DNA of 62,934 bases, filler included, from Octopus bimaculoides (GCF_001194135.2; 5 parts of 5 records of this genome joined end to end with filler, not necessarily neighbours in it), one strand, 5' to 3'. Counted from the whole stretch's first letter, positions 28,844-41,049 are shown. Made by a program: numbers and translations. Notes: generated by a model not told the origin, from the letters alone.

Positions 28844-28880
28844 TCTTTCTGTTGAAGAGCGTAGCTCGAAACGTCAAAGA
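28844..28880 (+). ncRNA. Minimal hammerhead-like motif, family F (variant core CUGUUGA)
   Basis: TCTTT-CTGTTGA-A-GAGC-gta-GCTC-GAA-ACGT-C-AAAGA: perfect 5-bp stem I, 4-bp stem II, palindromic ACGT stem III, GUC triplet, extra A after A9. Confidence 0.62.
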
Positions 28881-28970
28881 CTTTCCGTATTCCCGAGCGT
28901 CATACTAATATATACTTTTGTTATTTACACCACCTGTCCTCGTCTGTTGTTATTTTTTGTATAATCTCCC
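28844..28970 (+). mobile_element. Short ribozyme-bearing repeat (family F) within (TA)n; Penelope-LTR- or retrozyme-like
   Basis: Aligns with 54030-54200 over the whole length (aaagactttc...ttcccgagcgt...tttacaccacctgtcctcgtctgttgtt...ctccc) and more loosely with 35095-35235; (TA)n on both sides. Confidence 0.65.
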
Positions 28971-29122
28971 ATATATATACACACATACATACATACACCA
29001 ACACAATATCAAATTTATTTTTACAAATTCATTTGATAATCTACTTAAGTGTACTGAGTGATTCTTCACTAAATGTTTGGCTCAATTTACATATGATGGG
29101 GCAAGGAGGTAAACCCTGCATT

Positions 29123-29165
<43 letters not shown>

Positions 29166-30608
29166 TGCGAATTTGCAACCAGATCCAAACTTAATCATCC
29201 TCGTTACCATCATTGTCATCATCCTTCATAGTAACAATCTGTCAGTGTATGCTGTCTGATTGTAGCAAAGTTGGTAAAAGTTTGCCGCCAGACAGACATT
29301 AGATGTCTGATGAATCAGGTTTGTTTGAATTAGTGCTGCTGCTGCTGTTGTTGCTGTTACTGATGACAATGTTGTTGTTGTTGTTCCTGTCATCGTCATG
29401 CTCCAGTGATTTAATTTTTAGGAATGTAAATATGTATAAAAAACAAGGCAGCAAAAAGAAAATCCCAACTGACTTTTATTCCAAATACACAATAATAGAT
29501 TCTGTTAACATGGTTCTGTCAAGAATGGCAAAGTATTTAATCTTTGAAGAGGGAAATAGACTGGTGATTCAATAAACCTCACTAGTGCCACTGGCACAAT
29601 AAAAGCACCCAATACACCCTGTAAAGTGGCTGGCATTAGGAAGGGCATCCAGCTATAGAAACCTTGCCAAAACAGGCCATCGGCGCTTGATGCAGTCCTT
29701 TGATCTGTTGGATGCTGCCAAATTGTCCAACCCATGCCAGCATGGAAAGCAGATGTTAAAGGATGGGAATGATGACACAGCATTGTTCAGTTTATGCACA
29801 TGTACACCTGTATGTGTGCTTGCATGTTTGTGTGTTCCCTTGATGGTTGTAAACGAGCATCATTGTTATACAGGTGCCGTTGTTCGTATTCAGTCTTCCA
29901 TGCAAAACATGTCTGGTCATAGGAAAAGGTGACCTTGCTTGGAAACAGTTGAAGAGTGGCAACAGGAAGAGCATCCAGCCGTATGAAATCTGTCTCAAGA
30001 AATTCTGTCTGACCCATACAAGCGTGGAAAAGTGGACATAAGATGATGAGATGCTTCAAATAATGAATCTCTCCTCATCGTCATCATCATTGTCATCATG
30101 GACTCAAAAGATGTTTGTTCTCGCAGCATGATGGCGGCAAAGATGAAATGACGAAATGAAAACAATGAAAATGGTTGCTTGGTGATTGTATGAGGAGTAC
30201 AGGTGTGAGAGAGATACAGGTATTGAAATATAAAAGCTGATACACCTATGATCAATACCTGGTTGGTATTGGTAACTACTAATACAAAAGTAATGTGTGT
30301 GTGTGTGTGTGTGTTCAAGTGTCTTACTGTGTTTTAGTGTGTGTGTGTGTGTGTGTGTGTATGAATAGGAAACCAGCATGAGAGTCTCTCGAACAGCTGT
30401 TTTTTGTTTTTGTTTTTTAAATGGATGTCTGTGTTTCTGTATATCACAGGGCTTGGTTGTATGGGTAAGAAGTTTGCATGAAAACTACAGGGTTTCAGGT
30501 TCAATCGCATTGTGTGGAGAAAACTTGGGGCAGCCCCAGTATGATCAATGCCTTGAAAGAGTGGAATTTGCATGACAGAAACTGTGCTGAAGCCCAGCAT
30601 GTGTGTGC

Positions 30609-30646
<38 letters not shown>

Positions 30647-32019
30647 TATATGTGTGTGTGTGTATACGTGTATCATCATCATCATTACATACACACATCC
30701 CTTACCTGTTTGCTTAAGCCTTCCATTCCCTGTTGTGCAGACACCATTAACAGCTTTCCTCCACATTCATTAATGGAACTATTTTGGTTTTTTCATTTCT
30801 CCCCCGTTGGGTCTCTGTTTTTTCAGCTCTACCTCAGTATCCCACCTTCAGTTATTTGTGGAGCTTTCTCTATCCCACCGCCATTGTGGGTTCCAGATCA
30901 GGGCCTGATATGTCCATACTGAACTCTCATCCCAACCCATATATTTCGTTGGGGGAAGACCAGCTTCTGACATGTTTTGTTGGTTTGAATTATCATCGAT
31001 AGACTTCTGTAGTTCTGCTTTGTTCTAGATGCGGTTGTTGGCGCTGTGCAAAGCCATTTTTACCCCTGGAAGGAAGTGGTCCATTTTAGTCTATCTTTTG
31101 ATCTGTGCAGCATGGGAGGCCCTAACAAGAGCTTGCATTTCTACTGGCATATTTCTACTCACACATGCTCCCTCCCCCTCATAAACATTCACTGACATGA
31201 AGATTGCCTATCCTGTGTATCCCATGTGATACCTGGCACATATTTTACCTGGCTTCCATGCACCACATATGATAGACATTCCCAGTTTTTGCTTTCAACC
31301 ACCAGAGTTACTTGTGACTTACGAAAGTAAAACTTCATATTTTATTCAAAACATATGAAAAGAAGGGCCAAATAAATTCTCGGGAAACCAACATGGGGAG
31401 TCAGGAGCAACTTATAAAAAGGGTTTGGACAGGCAAAGGGTTACTCTATCAACCCTGGACTGATAAAGTGCAGGGACCATCTCCAACGATGATTTGAACT
31501 TGGAATGTAGGGAGAGCCATCTAAATAACTCTGCAACACATTTTGTCCATTGCTCCACTTGTTTTATGCTCGCATTCTGATTAATGCATTATGGTGATGG
31601 TGGTGGTGGTGGTGGTGGTGGTTGATTATGATGACAATGATGATGATGATGTTCATGTTGACAATAATAATTATAATTGTTGCCGTTCGTTATCACTTGC
31701 TATCATTGTTTTTGGAGCAATCATCATCATAACCATCATCATCATTGATTACTTAATGTATTTGTGGCTTATTTATTGCTCATTCGAAGGGAGGGGGAGA
31801 AAATATTTTATCTCAACTCCACCCCTTCCCTCATGACTTTATATGTGAGTGTATGTGGATGCTATGTATTTGTGTATGTGCATATAGGTGTTTATATGTG
31901 TGTGTCATGTGTTTCTGTCTATTTATATGTGAGTGTGTGTGTGTGTGTGTCTTTCTATATCTCTATATGTGTCTGCGTGTGTTGTGTGTTTTTATCTTTA
32001 TGTTTGTGTTTGTATCTAT

Positions 32020-32056
<37 letters not shown>

Positions 32057-32263
32057 ATGTAATTAACATAACAGCTTGTTAATTGTCTAATATCATTAGT
32101 CAGGTGTGAATGGTCTGATGAATGTGTGTGTGTGTGTGTGACTGTTGAGAATTTCATATACGTTTGACTGTTTTTTTAAAGATATGTGTGTATTTGTGTT
32201 TGTTCGTGACTAATTAGATGTGTGTGTGTGTGTGTACATGTGTTTCTGGCTACTTGTTTAAAA

Positions 32264-32297
<34 letters not shown>

Positions 32298-32492
32298 AAC
32301 TGTTTACAGGTGTGTGTGTATTTCTTACTGATTCTTTAGAAATGGAAATTACTATGTCTCTGTTTACAGGTGTGTGTTTGTGTATGTGTGTGCCTTGCTC
32401 TGTGTGTGTGTGTGTTTATGTGACTATTTGGTTAGAAGTGTGCTGCTCAGGTGTTTATTCAAGTATGTATTGCACTTTTTATTTTGCTGTGC

Positions 32493-32533
<41 letters not shown>

Positions 32534-33128
32534 NNNNNNNNNNNNNNNNNNNNNNNNNNNNNNNNNNNNNNNNNNNNNNNNNNNNNNNNNNNNNNNNNNN
32601 NNNNNNNNNNNNNNNNNNNNNNNNNNNNNNNNNNNNNNNNNNNNNNNNNNNNNNNNNNNNNNNNNNNNNNNNNNNNNNNNNNNNNNNNNNNNNNNNNNNN
32701 NNNNNNNNNNNNNNNNNNNNNNNNNNNNNNNNNNNNNNNNNNNNNNNNNNNNNNNNNNNNNNNNNNNNNNNNNNNNNNNNNNNNNNNNNNNNNNNNNNNN
32801 NNNNNNNNNNNNNNNNNNNNNNNNNNNNNNNNNNNNNNNNNNNNNNNNNNNNNNNNNNNNNNNNNNNNNNNNNNNNNNNNNNNNNNNNNNNNNNNNNNNN
32901 NNNNNNNNNNNNNNNNNNNNNNNNNNNNNNNNNNNNNNNNNNNNNNNNNNNNNNNNNNNNNNNNNNNNNNNNNNNNNNNNNNNNNNNNNNNNNNNNNNNN
33001 NNNNNNNNNNNNNNNNNNNNNNNNNNNNNNNNNNNNNNNNNNNNNNNNNNNNNNNNNNNNNNNNNNNNNNNNNNNNNNNNNNNNNNNNNNNNNNNNNNNN
33101 NNNNNNNNNNNNNNNNNNNNNNNNNNNN

Positions 33129-33156
<28 letters not shown>

Positions 33157-33161
<5 letters not shown>

Positions 33162-33790
33162 GGTGTTAAGACTAAATTTGACAGTTTGCATAAAGGAAAA
33201 GAAAACAATATTCCATCAAAAAAGAAATGGTATTTTCAAAAAGCCAAAGAATCCCAACCAGATTATGGCTGGGAAATACCATTCTACTCCAAGGAGCTGT
33301 CCTCAGTTTCCACCATGGCTTCAAGACAGCTCTGGAACCTGGTGCATGCATTCCTCACTCTGTCCTGCCCTACAAAGATTTTCAAACACCTCCTTGATCC
33401 TGGCCAACCGCTTGGTCTCGGTGTTGCAGGCAGAGTGGGTGGTGTCTTTCCCAGCCATGCCCCACACATAGAAATCCATGGGATTACAATCGGGGAATTA
33501 AGAGAGGCCAGAAATTAAGGCTGGTGAAGTCATATAAGAAATCCTCTGATAACTGCTGCTCGCAGTTTCCAGAGTTATGGCAAGGAACCGAGTCCTGCTG
33601 CCACACATACGGCCTTCCAGCACCAGCTCTCTGTCCAGCGAGGGTTTGACCACAGTTTCCAGCAGCTTCTGAATTGTTCCAAGATGTAGGCCAGCATGAT
33701 GTCACCCTCTCTGGACGCACACCCAAACACCGTCTCAGCTTGAGGGTACTTGCTGTTCATGATGTCCATGTCATGTCTTGCAGTGTTTGC
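33157..33790 (-). mobile_element. Tc1/mariner superfamily (maT/DD37D-like) transposase 3' half with one terminus
   Basis: WQQDSVPCH..DFTSLNFWP (QQDSAP.H / WPP.SPD region), VRNACTRFQSCLEAMVE; terminal aaactgtcaaatttagtcttaacacccca-ta. Subfamily call from motifs only. Confidence 0.75.
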
Positions 33791-33962
33791 AGAACATTGA
33801 GCAGCAGTTAGGGACGGTTTAAGCAAGCTTCTTACCACACAACCACTCCTCTGCCGCCTATATCTTTATCTATATATATATATCTATCTATCTATCTATC
33901 TATATATATATATATATATATGTATTAAAAGTCAAGGTACAATATGCACCTACTTTTGAATA

Positions 33963-34013
<51 letters not shown>

Positions 34014-34624
34014 ATTATATACGCACACACATGCACACTCAGTCACACATTTGTACAGACATACACGTGTGTGTCCACCTCCTCCTCAAGTGGTGCTCAC
34101 TTTAATTACCACCACAGCAGCAGCAGCACCCACGTGAGTGTGCATGTGTCTACCTATCAACGCATCATTGTCATCGTCGTTGTCGTGCACCACCCACACC
34201 CTGCACCACCTGTGGATGCTGCTGTTGCTGCTGCTGCTGCTCTATTCGTTGGTCAGGTACTGCCCTCTTTTTATGCCATTTTGCACTCTCCAAATATTTA
34301 TCTTCCTCATCTCAAACTCTCTCTCTTTCTCTTATTCTCTCTCTGTGCCTTACTCTCTGTTCTTTCCTTCCTCCCCCCTCTTATTTCTCTCTCCCTCCCT
34401 CCCTCTCTCTCTATCTCTCTCCCCCTCTCTCTCTCTCTCTATGCCCTCCTCCCCTTCTCACTTCTGACCACTTACTCTCAACATCTTCTCTGCCTTTCAA
34501 AGTCTCACTTTTTGCAACTTCCTTCTTTCTCTCTCTCTCTCCCTCTCTGCCTTTCCCTCTTAGTCTCTACCTCTCTCCCTCTCCATCACTTCTCTCTCTA
34601 TCTTTTAGTATCACCCTTTCTTAT

Positions 34625-34681
<57 letters not shown>

Positions 34682-34979
34682 CATCTCATTCTTTCTTAAA
34701 TGTCTTCCTTCCTCTTTCAGTCTTTGTGCCAACATTGCTAAAATAATTCTGAGGATGGAACTCACTCTACTTGTTGTCTGTCTNNNNNNNNNNNNNNNNN
34801 NNNNNNNNNNNNNNNNNNNNNNNNNNNTTAATTAATTAANNNNNNNNNNNNNNNNNNNNNNNNNNNNNNNNNNNNNNNNNNNNAATACTATACAAATATG
34901 TCTTTAAAAAGACTTTTCTTCTAAATTTACCAAAATTTAATTTTTCAATAATTTTTCAAAACTCTATTATTCATATTTA

Positions 34980-35020
34980 CTGTTGAAAAGATCTCAAGGA
35001 TCGAAACCGGTCCTGTAATG
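34980..35020 (+). ncRNA. Degenerate hammerhead-like motif, family H
   Basis: CTGTTGA-AAA-GATC-tcaag-GATC-GAA-ACCGGT-C-ctgtaatg: stem II GATC/GATC, palindromic ACCGGT stem III, GUC triplet; the 5' strand of stem I is not convincingly present. Confidence 0.42.
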
Positions 35021-35094
35021 TTCTTTATAAAAGTATTTTAGCATTTTCTACTTTGTCTTTTTTCCATATATATATATTTATATATAGATATATA

Positions 35095-35235
35095 TTATTC
35101 TCTCTCTGTTTGTTTCCTCATATTCCTTTCCGTCGAAGAGCGTAGGCTCGAAACATGAAAGACCTTCTCACTTTCCCGAGCATCAAACTAATGCACCTGC
35201 TTTGTCTTTTGTTTTTTCTGTAAATTTCAACAATA
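35095..35235 (+). mobile_element. Older, diverged family F copy
   Basis: gaagagcgtaggctcgaaac...aaagacc.tc...ttcccgagcatcaaactaa is shared with the other two copies. Confidence 0.55.
35125..35162 (+). ncRNA. Degenerate family F hammerhead-like motif (probably inactive)
   Basis: CCTTT-CCGTCGA-A-GAGC-gtag-GCTC-GAA-ACAT-G-AAAGA; core and cleavage triplet mutated, stem II intact. Confidence 0.45.
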
Positions 35236-35288
35236 TGTGTGTGTGTGTATACAAACTTACATGCACACACACACACATATATATAGAG

Positions 35289-35323
<35 letters not shown>

Positions 35324-36430
35324 CAGGTATGGATGTGTCGTAAGAAACTTGCTTCCCAATTGCATAGTTCTGGGTTCAGTCCCACTCCATCGCATCTTGG
35401 GAAAGTGTCTTCTACTATAGCTTCGGGCCAAAAATTTGTGAGTAGATTGGTTAAGCTGAAAGAAGCCCATCGTGTGTGAACAATAGCTATTAAAAATAAA
35501 AACAGGAGGATAGTACAGTGATAGATACATTGTCCATGTTGAAAAACAATAGGAATGGTCACATCTGTAACAATTTGGGGGTCATAATTTTCCTTGATTA
35601 GTGATGAGTTGGTCACATTTGGACAGCAGCACAAACTTTTGCTCTCTTCATACTGTACACCCACACACACACAAAATTGGTTGTGATAAAAAAATACTTA
35701 CTTTCACTGAGGTAGAGAGCAGCCCTTTCACCTTAGGTGATTATATGAGGAGTTGATGTCAAAACTGTTCATTAAAGTCACAAATTTTCTCTGCTGTCCC
35801 TTCTCTCCTCTATGGTCAATAGTTGTCCCTATTACCCATAGTAGGGTCTACAAATGTCAGGGTTCTATATAAATGCCAGTACTGCTTTCAGTCCTAAGTT
35901 CTGTAATCAGTATTACTTACAGACTTAGATGCGTCCATATACGACCAAAACACGCAGACTGTGCACTGTTGTCTGTACCATCCATTTGCATTAAGCTGGT
36001 TTATGCATAACCAGTATTTCTCCACTGAAGTTTAAACACATAAAGCATTTCAGTACATCTTCTTTCATTGCTTAGAAGAAAGAAAAAGAAAGCCATTAAA
36101 TAGAGACATTGCGCTTCACTAAACATACAGAAAATACGGCTGTGTAGTTAATGAAATCGTTCTGATGTTAGTAGTGTTGTGGTCCTGATATTTGTGTCGG
36201 TAGAGATATAATAGTTGAACAGTTAATGTCAATATACAGAAGACTGTCGTTATATTATAGAAAAGCATTCAGATGTATCAATGTGGATGAGACAATGAGG
36301 ACATGTTCATTGTTCTGAATCGGTATACAATCGATTTCGACTATCGACAGTTGACATATCGAAAGATTTCAGGTTTTGAAACGCCTTGGCAAGAAAAGTT
36401 TTCCTCAGTTTTTCACTGCATATTTTTTTC

Positions 36431-36463
<33 letters not shown>

Positions 36464-36483
36464 CGCGCGTGTGCGTGCATGTA

Positions 36484-36577
36484 TTATCTTTGTAATAAAG
36501 AAACGCCGATAATTTCGATGACACATGTCTTTACATGCATCGTCGAAATTATCGGCGTTTCTTTATTACGAAGATAA
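36484..36577. repeat. 94-bp near-perfect palindrome (fold-back element)
   Basis: ttatctttgtaataaagaaacgccgataatttcgatga...tcgtcgaaattatcggcgtttctttattacgaagataa. Confidence 0.9.
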
Positions 36578-36613
36578 CACACACACACACACAAACAAAC
36601 ACATCCATCCATC

Positions 36614-36910
36614 CATCAACATCCTCTCAACGATGAGCCAGAGATGATTTTTAAATATGAGATTGTTTGAAATGAACCTGACCGCTCTCAAAAATTAAGT
36701 AAAAAGACAGGAAAAATAATCCAGAATCCTTGTCCGGTACCGGATCGATCCCAAATTCTAATCAGTTTGTGCCATTCACGAGGCCAAACATCCTTGAAAG
36801 TTTCATCTGAATCCATCCAACGGTTCTTGAGATATCTTGTCCACGGACAGACAAACAAACAAACAAACACAACTGAAAACAATACCTCTGCCTTCGCTAA
36901 GGCAGAGGTA
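36614..36910. mobile_element. Helentron-associated (HINE/DINE-1-like) non-autonomous element; 67-bp truncated copy of its left end at 37273-37339
   Basis: gaaagtttcatc..aatccatcc..cggttcttgagatatc, internal (CAAA)n, terminal 12-bp hairpin tacctctgcctt-cgct-aaggcagaggta (36883-36910). Class inferred from architecture. Confidence 0.55.
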
Positions 36911-36990
36911 AAAATTGAGATACTATATATACAATTTAAAATACAATCTAGACACTATACACACATACAGTTTGAAATACAGTATATACA

Positions 36991-37025
<35 letters not shown>

Positions 37026-37469
37026 ATGACTCCACACATGTCCACAAGCACACGTTTATTGAATGGCCGTTGACTACACTGTAATTCTTCTGCCCTTTGA
37101 CGGTCTTACTTTTTGTTCTGCAGGGTGTCAAACAATTGCCCTCACCACCAAGCACGCTCAGTGGAGTTGCCAGTTTAGTCGCCGACAACCCAACCATGTG
37201 ACAGGTTGTACTAGATTACATGGTACCAGTAGCGCTCAAGAGCCACCTGCCACATACATACATACATACATACATCAATGTCCTCTTAACAATGAGCCAG
37301 AGATGATTTTTAAAAATGAGAATGTTTGAAATGAACCTGTGTGTGTACATGTATGTACATGTGTGTACACACATACATACATACATATTACTTGTTGGAT
37401 TCATTTAAATCAAGTTATTTTATTAAAGACAACAAAGGCGACAAGCTGACAGAGTCCATAACACGGCAG

Positions 37470-37605
37470 GAAAAATATTTAGTGGCATTTCGTCTATCTT
37501 TACGCTATGAGTTCAAATTCTGCCAAGATCGTTTTTGCCTCACATTCTTTCGGGGTCGATAAAATAAGTACCAGTTGAGCCTTGTGCCAAAATTTGAAGC
37601 CAGTT
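37470..37605 (+). mobile_element. SINE family A, partial
   Basis: gagttcaaattctgcc...cattctttcggggtcgataaaataagtaccagttgag...ccttgtgccaaaatttgaa. Confidence 0.7.
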
Positions 37606-37775
37606 TTAAATGACACAAAGCAAGAGTCGAGCTCCGTACATCCGTGTATATACCATATATAAAAACATCTGTACATAGTCATTCAGTTTTATGATCCAAT
37701 GTAAGTTCCAGATTCAACATAGGGGTGGTTCCAGGAATGGTGTTTACATAAAATAAGAATACAAATGGGTTAAAG

Positions 37776-37855
37776 GTTCACTACAGCTGTTTCAGACACA
37801 TTAATTATAGATGATTCGATTATATCATGGAAAAAAAAAGTTTTCTTCAGACGAA
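37776..37855 (-). ncRNA. Type I hammerhead ribozyme-like motif, family G
   Basis: Minus strand TTCGT-CTGAAGA-[AAAC...GTCT]-GAA-ACAGCTGT-A-GTGAA. Stem II loop and both flanks are homologous to the 18029 copy (catgat.taatc, tctataa; downstream gtgaa..tt.aaccc). Confidence 0.65.
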
Positions 37856-37916
37856 ATAAAAATTAAAAATTTGGTTAGGAGAAGATGTATCAAGATGTGG
37901 AATGTGGCTTGAAACT

Positions 37917-37971
<55 letters not shown>

Positions 37972-38370
37972 CATGTTTAAGTATTTGTGCCAGTTTCACA
38001 TTAAAAAAACCCAGCACACACTGTAAAGCAGCTGGCATTATGAAGGGCATCAAGCGTGTTATCTTTTATTTCGGATGTTATTTGATAAATAACTAGATTG
38101 CCTATTCTTTGATCAATCGCAACCCTTAACCCATCGCATTTTCTTGGCCTTTGAAGTTAATAAATTTCATTTGAGGAGTAACTATGACAATAAGGATCAT
38201 AACTGAACAACTAAAATGCATAAAGTATCAACAGAACACATACCAATAAAAGCGTGATCCGAAGTGTTTGTTGATATGACGTGAATTTCTTGTGATTAAT
38301 CGCGGAATGCTTACCTGATGGTAAATTCAGCAATGATCAGCGCAGCAGCTGAGCCAGACTATATAGAGGT

Positions 38371-38427
38371 GCATGCTTAACGTACGCGCGAGATGTCTCG
38401 TGTATATCTCGCGCATACGTTATGCAT
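38371..38427. other. ~22-bp imperfect stem-loop (pre-miRNA-like geometry)
   Basis: atgcttaacgtacgcgcgagat / atctcgcgcatacgttatgcat with two mismatches and a 7-11 nt loop. The hairpin is certain; function is unknown. Confidence 0.6.
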
Positions 38428-38699
38428 CCATGAGACGCTTGTTCAAGCCTACAATATCATTGATCCATGCAAGGGTGTGTTCTCAACAAACAACCATAAT
38501 TGTGGTCAGTACGTACGTACGTACTTGCATGCCAGTGCATGAACTTTGTAGTCTACGCTTCATGCAAAACCCCGGTGAGCTGACGGATGAACAATCAGTA
38601 AATTAACAGAAATGAGAAAAATTACTTTCTATCGCAAAACTTTTTCATGCACCCCAGATTTTCCTGTGCACGCCTAGGGGTGCATATGTACCCCCATTG

Positions 38700-40725
38700 A
38701 GAATCCCTGAATCAGCCGGTAGCGGAGGGCCTGGAATTTGCCTGCATTAAATTGCATGTTGTTGTCCTCAGCCCATTTACATATGGCATCTAGGTCATTC
38801 TGTAGAAGATTAGCATCAGAAGGTTCTTTAACTGCTTGTACTATTTTTGTGTCGCTGGCATAGTTGGTAAGCGTAATTGCCTGTGTATCTGATGGCATGT
38901 CTGAAAGAGCCACCATGAACAGCAGCAGCCCCAATACAGTTACCTGAGGCATTTCACTTTCTATTACAGTTTCCTTGGAGAGGGCTCCGTTGGCTGCTAC
39001 ATCCTGCTACATCCTGGCTTCTGTCTTTTAAGAAGTCATGCAACCACTCTCCGATCTTCCCAGTTTTGCTGAGTCTCCGTAGTTTGTGACATATCATCCC
39101 ATGATCAACCATATTAAAGGTTTTTGCGAAGTTGAGATATATCACATCCACGTTTGAGTGATTCATTAATTGTTTCAACACCCCGTCATAGTGCTGCAAA
39201 AGCTGTGTAAGGCAGCTCTTCCTGAGCGAGAACCATGCTGGGTGTCAGGAAGCAAGTCATTATCTTCAAGGAATGCAATTAGTTTCTTCCTGACAATGCA
39301 CTCTATGACTTCGCTGACATGGGAAGTTAGAGAGACAGTTCTGTAATTTTCAACATCTGCTCTGCTACCTCCCTTATGGACAGGGCATATTATGCCTTCC
39401 TTTAAACTTTTTGGGAAGTCTCCCAGTTGAGTGGAAGCTCTGGAAGAGAATCTGAAATGGTCTTGCTAGAGTCTCTTTGCATTTCTTTAGGAGGATTTCT
39501 GGGAATCCATCAGAACCCGTGGTTGAGTTTGAGCTCATTTCGATAATGGCTGATATAACATCACTTTCCTATATTTTGATACTATCAATGATTGCCATTT
39601 CGTTGTATGGAGCTGTGGAGCCAAAGAACTCATCAGGCATCGCTAGTTGCAAAGTGTCCCAGTGGAGTGGTGAAAACGCTCTTGTATTGCACATTCAGTA
39701 TTTTACTGATCCTCTAGGGGGTCTGCAGTCGGTGAGCCAATTTCTTCGCATAGTTGCCCTATTTTGTACCGTACTGAAGCAGATTCTTTTTGCATATCTA
39801 GAGAAGGCTTCAGGGTTTACTCTTTACTCTTTTACTTGTTTCAGTCATTTGACTGTGGCCATGCTGGAGCACTGCCTTTAGTCGAGCAAATCGACCCCAG
39901 GACTTATTCTTTGTAAGCCTAGTACTTATTCTATCGGTCTCTTTTGCCGAACCGCTAAGTTACGGGGACGTAACCACACCAGCATCGGTTGTCAAGCGAT
40001 GTTGGGGGGGACAAACACAGACACACAAACACACATATATATATATATACATATATACAATGGGCTTCTTTCAGTTTCCCTCTACCAAATCCACTCACAA
40101 GGCTTTGGTCGGCCCGAGGCTATAGTTGAAGACACTTGCTCAAAGTGCCACGCAGTGGGACTGAACCCAGAACCATGTGGTTGGTAAGCAAGCTACTTAC
40201 CACACAGCCACTCCTGCGCCTTTGTCTTAATATTTTTGACAGCTCTGGCTTCCTTTTCTTGGGAGCGTTTGAGTTTATTTTCGATCTCGAGCAATATTTG
40301 TTTGAGATAGGATCGTTTGTTATCCTTTGGTGGCCCACTTAGACGATTTGAGATTTTTGCTCATTATCTCATTAGAATCCCCCTATATCTGGGTATGATA
40401 TCTTTCTGCTGGCTTGGCATTCTCTCTAAAGAAAACTTACTGCATATGTCATGCATGATTGTCATAAAGTGTTGTAGATTTATGTCGATATCTTGCGTAA
40501 AGAGACTGGCAGACCAGTTATATTCCATGATCCCTTTCTCGATACCCTTCCAATCAGCTTTGTGAAAGTTCAGGCTGGAGAGGAGCTGGGTGCTTTTAGT
40601 AGCCTGCACGTCTTTAGTCTTCTGTCGACCATACATTGTTAGTCCTATTAAGTTATGGTCCGAGAAAATCGTCAGTGTCACCTTAATATTATAGATGAGC
40701 GCGATGTTGTTTGTGAAGCAGAGGT
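38700..40725 (-). mobile_element. Decayed CR1/L2-group LINE (endonuclease end to RT), interrupted by SINE C
   Basis: TIFSDHNLI..LNFHKADW (40364 ORF); VDVIYLNFAKTFNMVDH..GKIGEWLHDFLKDRSQ; PQVTVLGLLLF...YASDTKI..LQNDLDAICKWAEDNNMQFNAGKFQALRY (YADD mutated to YASD). Confidence 0.85.
39817..40220 (-). mobile_element. tRNA-derived SINE, family C (full length, young), inserted in a LINE remnant
   Basis: Minus strand: ggcgcaggagtggctgtgtggtaag...gggttcagtcccac (B-box)...internal (TA)/(GT) microsatellite...ccagcatggccacagtcaaatgactgaaacaagtaaaagagtaaagagtaa; CpGs retained. Confidence 0.85.
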
Positions 40726-41049
40726 CCGGGACATTTTTCCCCGTGATCTTTTGATGAAAAATAACAGCGACAATTACACACCGGGAGAGACATACTACTA
40801 GGATATACGTCAGTTTAACAAGTATAGAAATTACGGCTGGCCCAGTACAACTGGAAAATAATCGTGCTATATTCATAATGAGAAATCTGTGTCGTCTGAC
40901 TACCATGAGAATGGAGACATCGAGCAGCTGATTCAATATTCTGCCATTACCGCCAAAAACCACCTTTATATATATGGTTCAATGAGAAAGTTCAAGAAAG
41001 TTTTGAACCAACTTAATTGGTTCAAAAGTACAATACTTCTCATGATTTC

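Noticed and set aside
37124-37230. Strong-looking acceptor tttttgttctgcag with a short open frame
   Set aside because: No recognisable product; the minus strand looks more like an RTE 5' UTR fragment.
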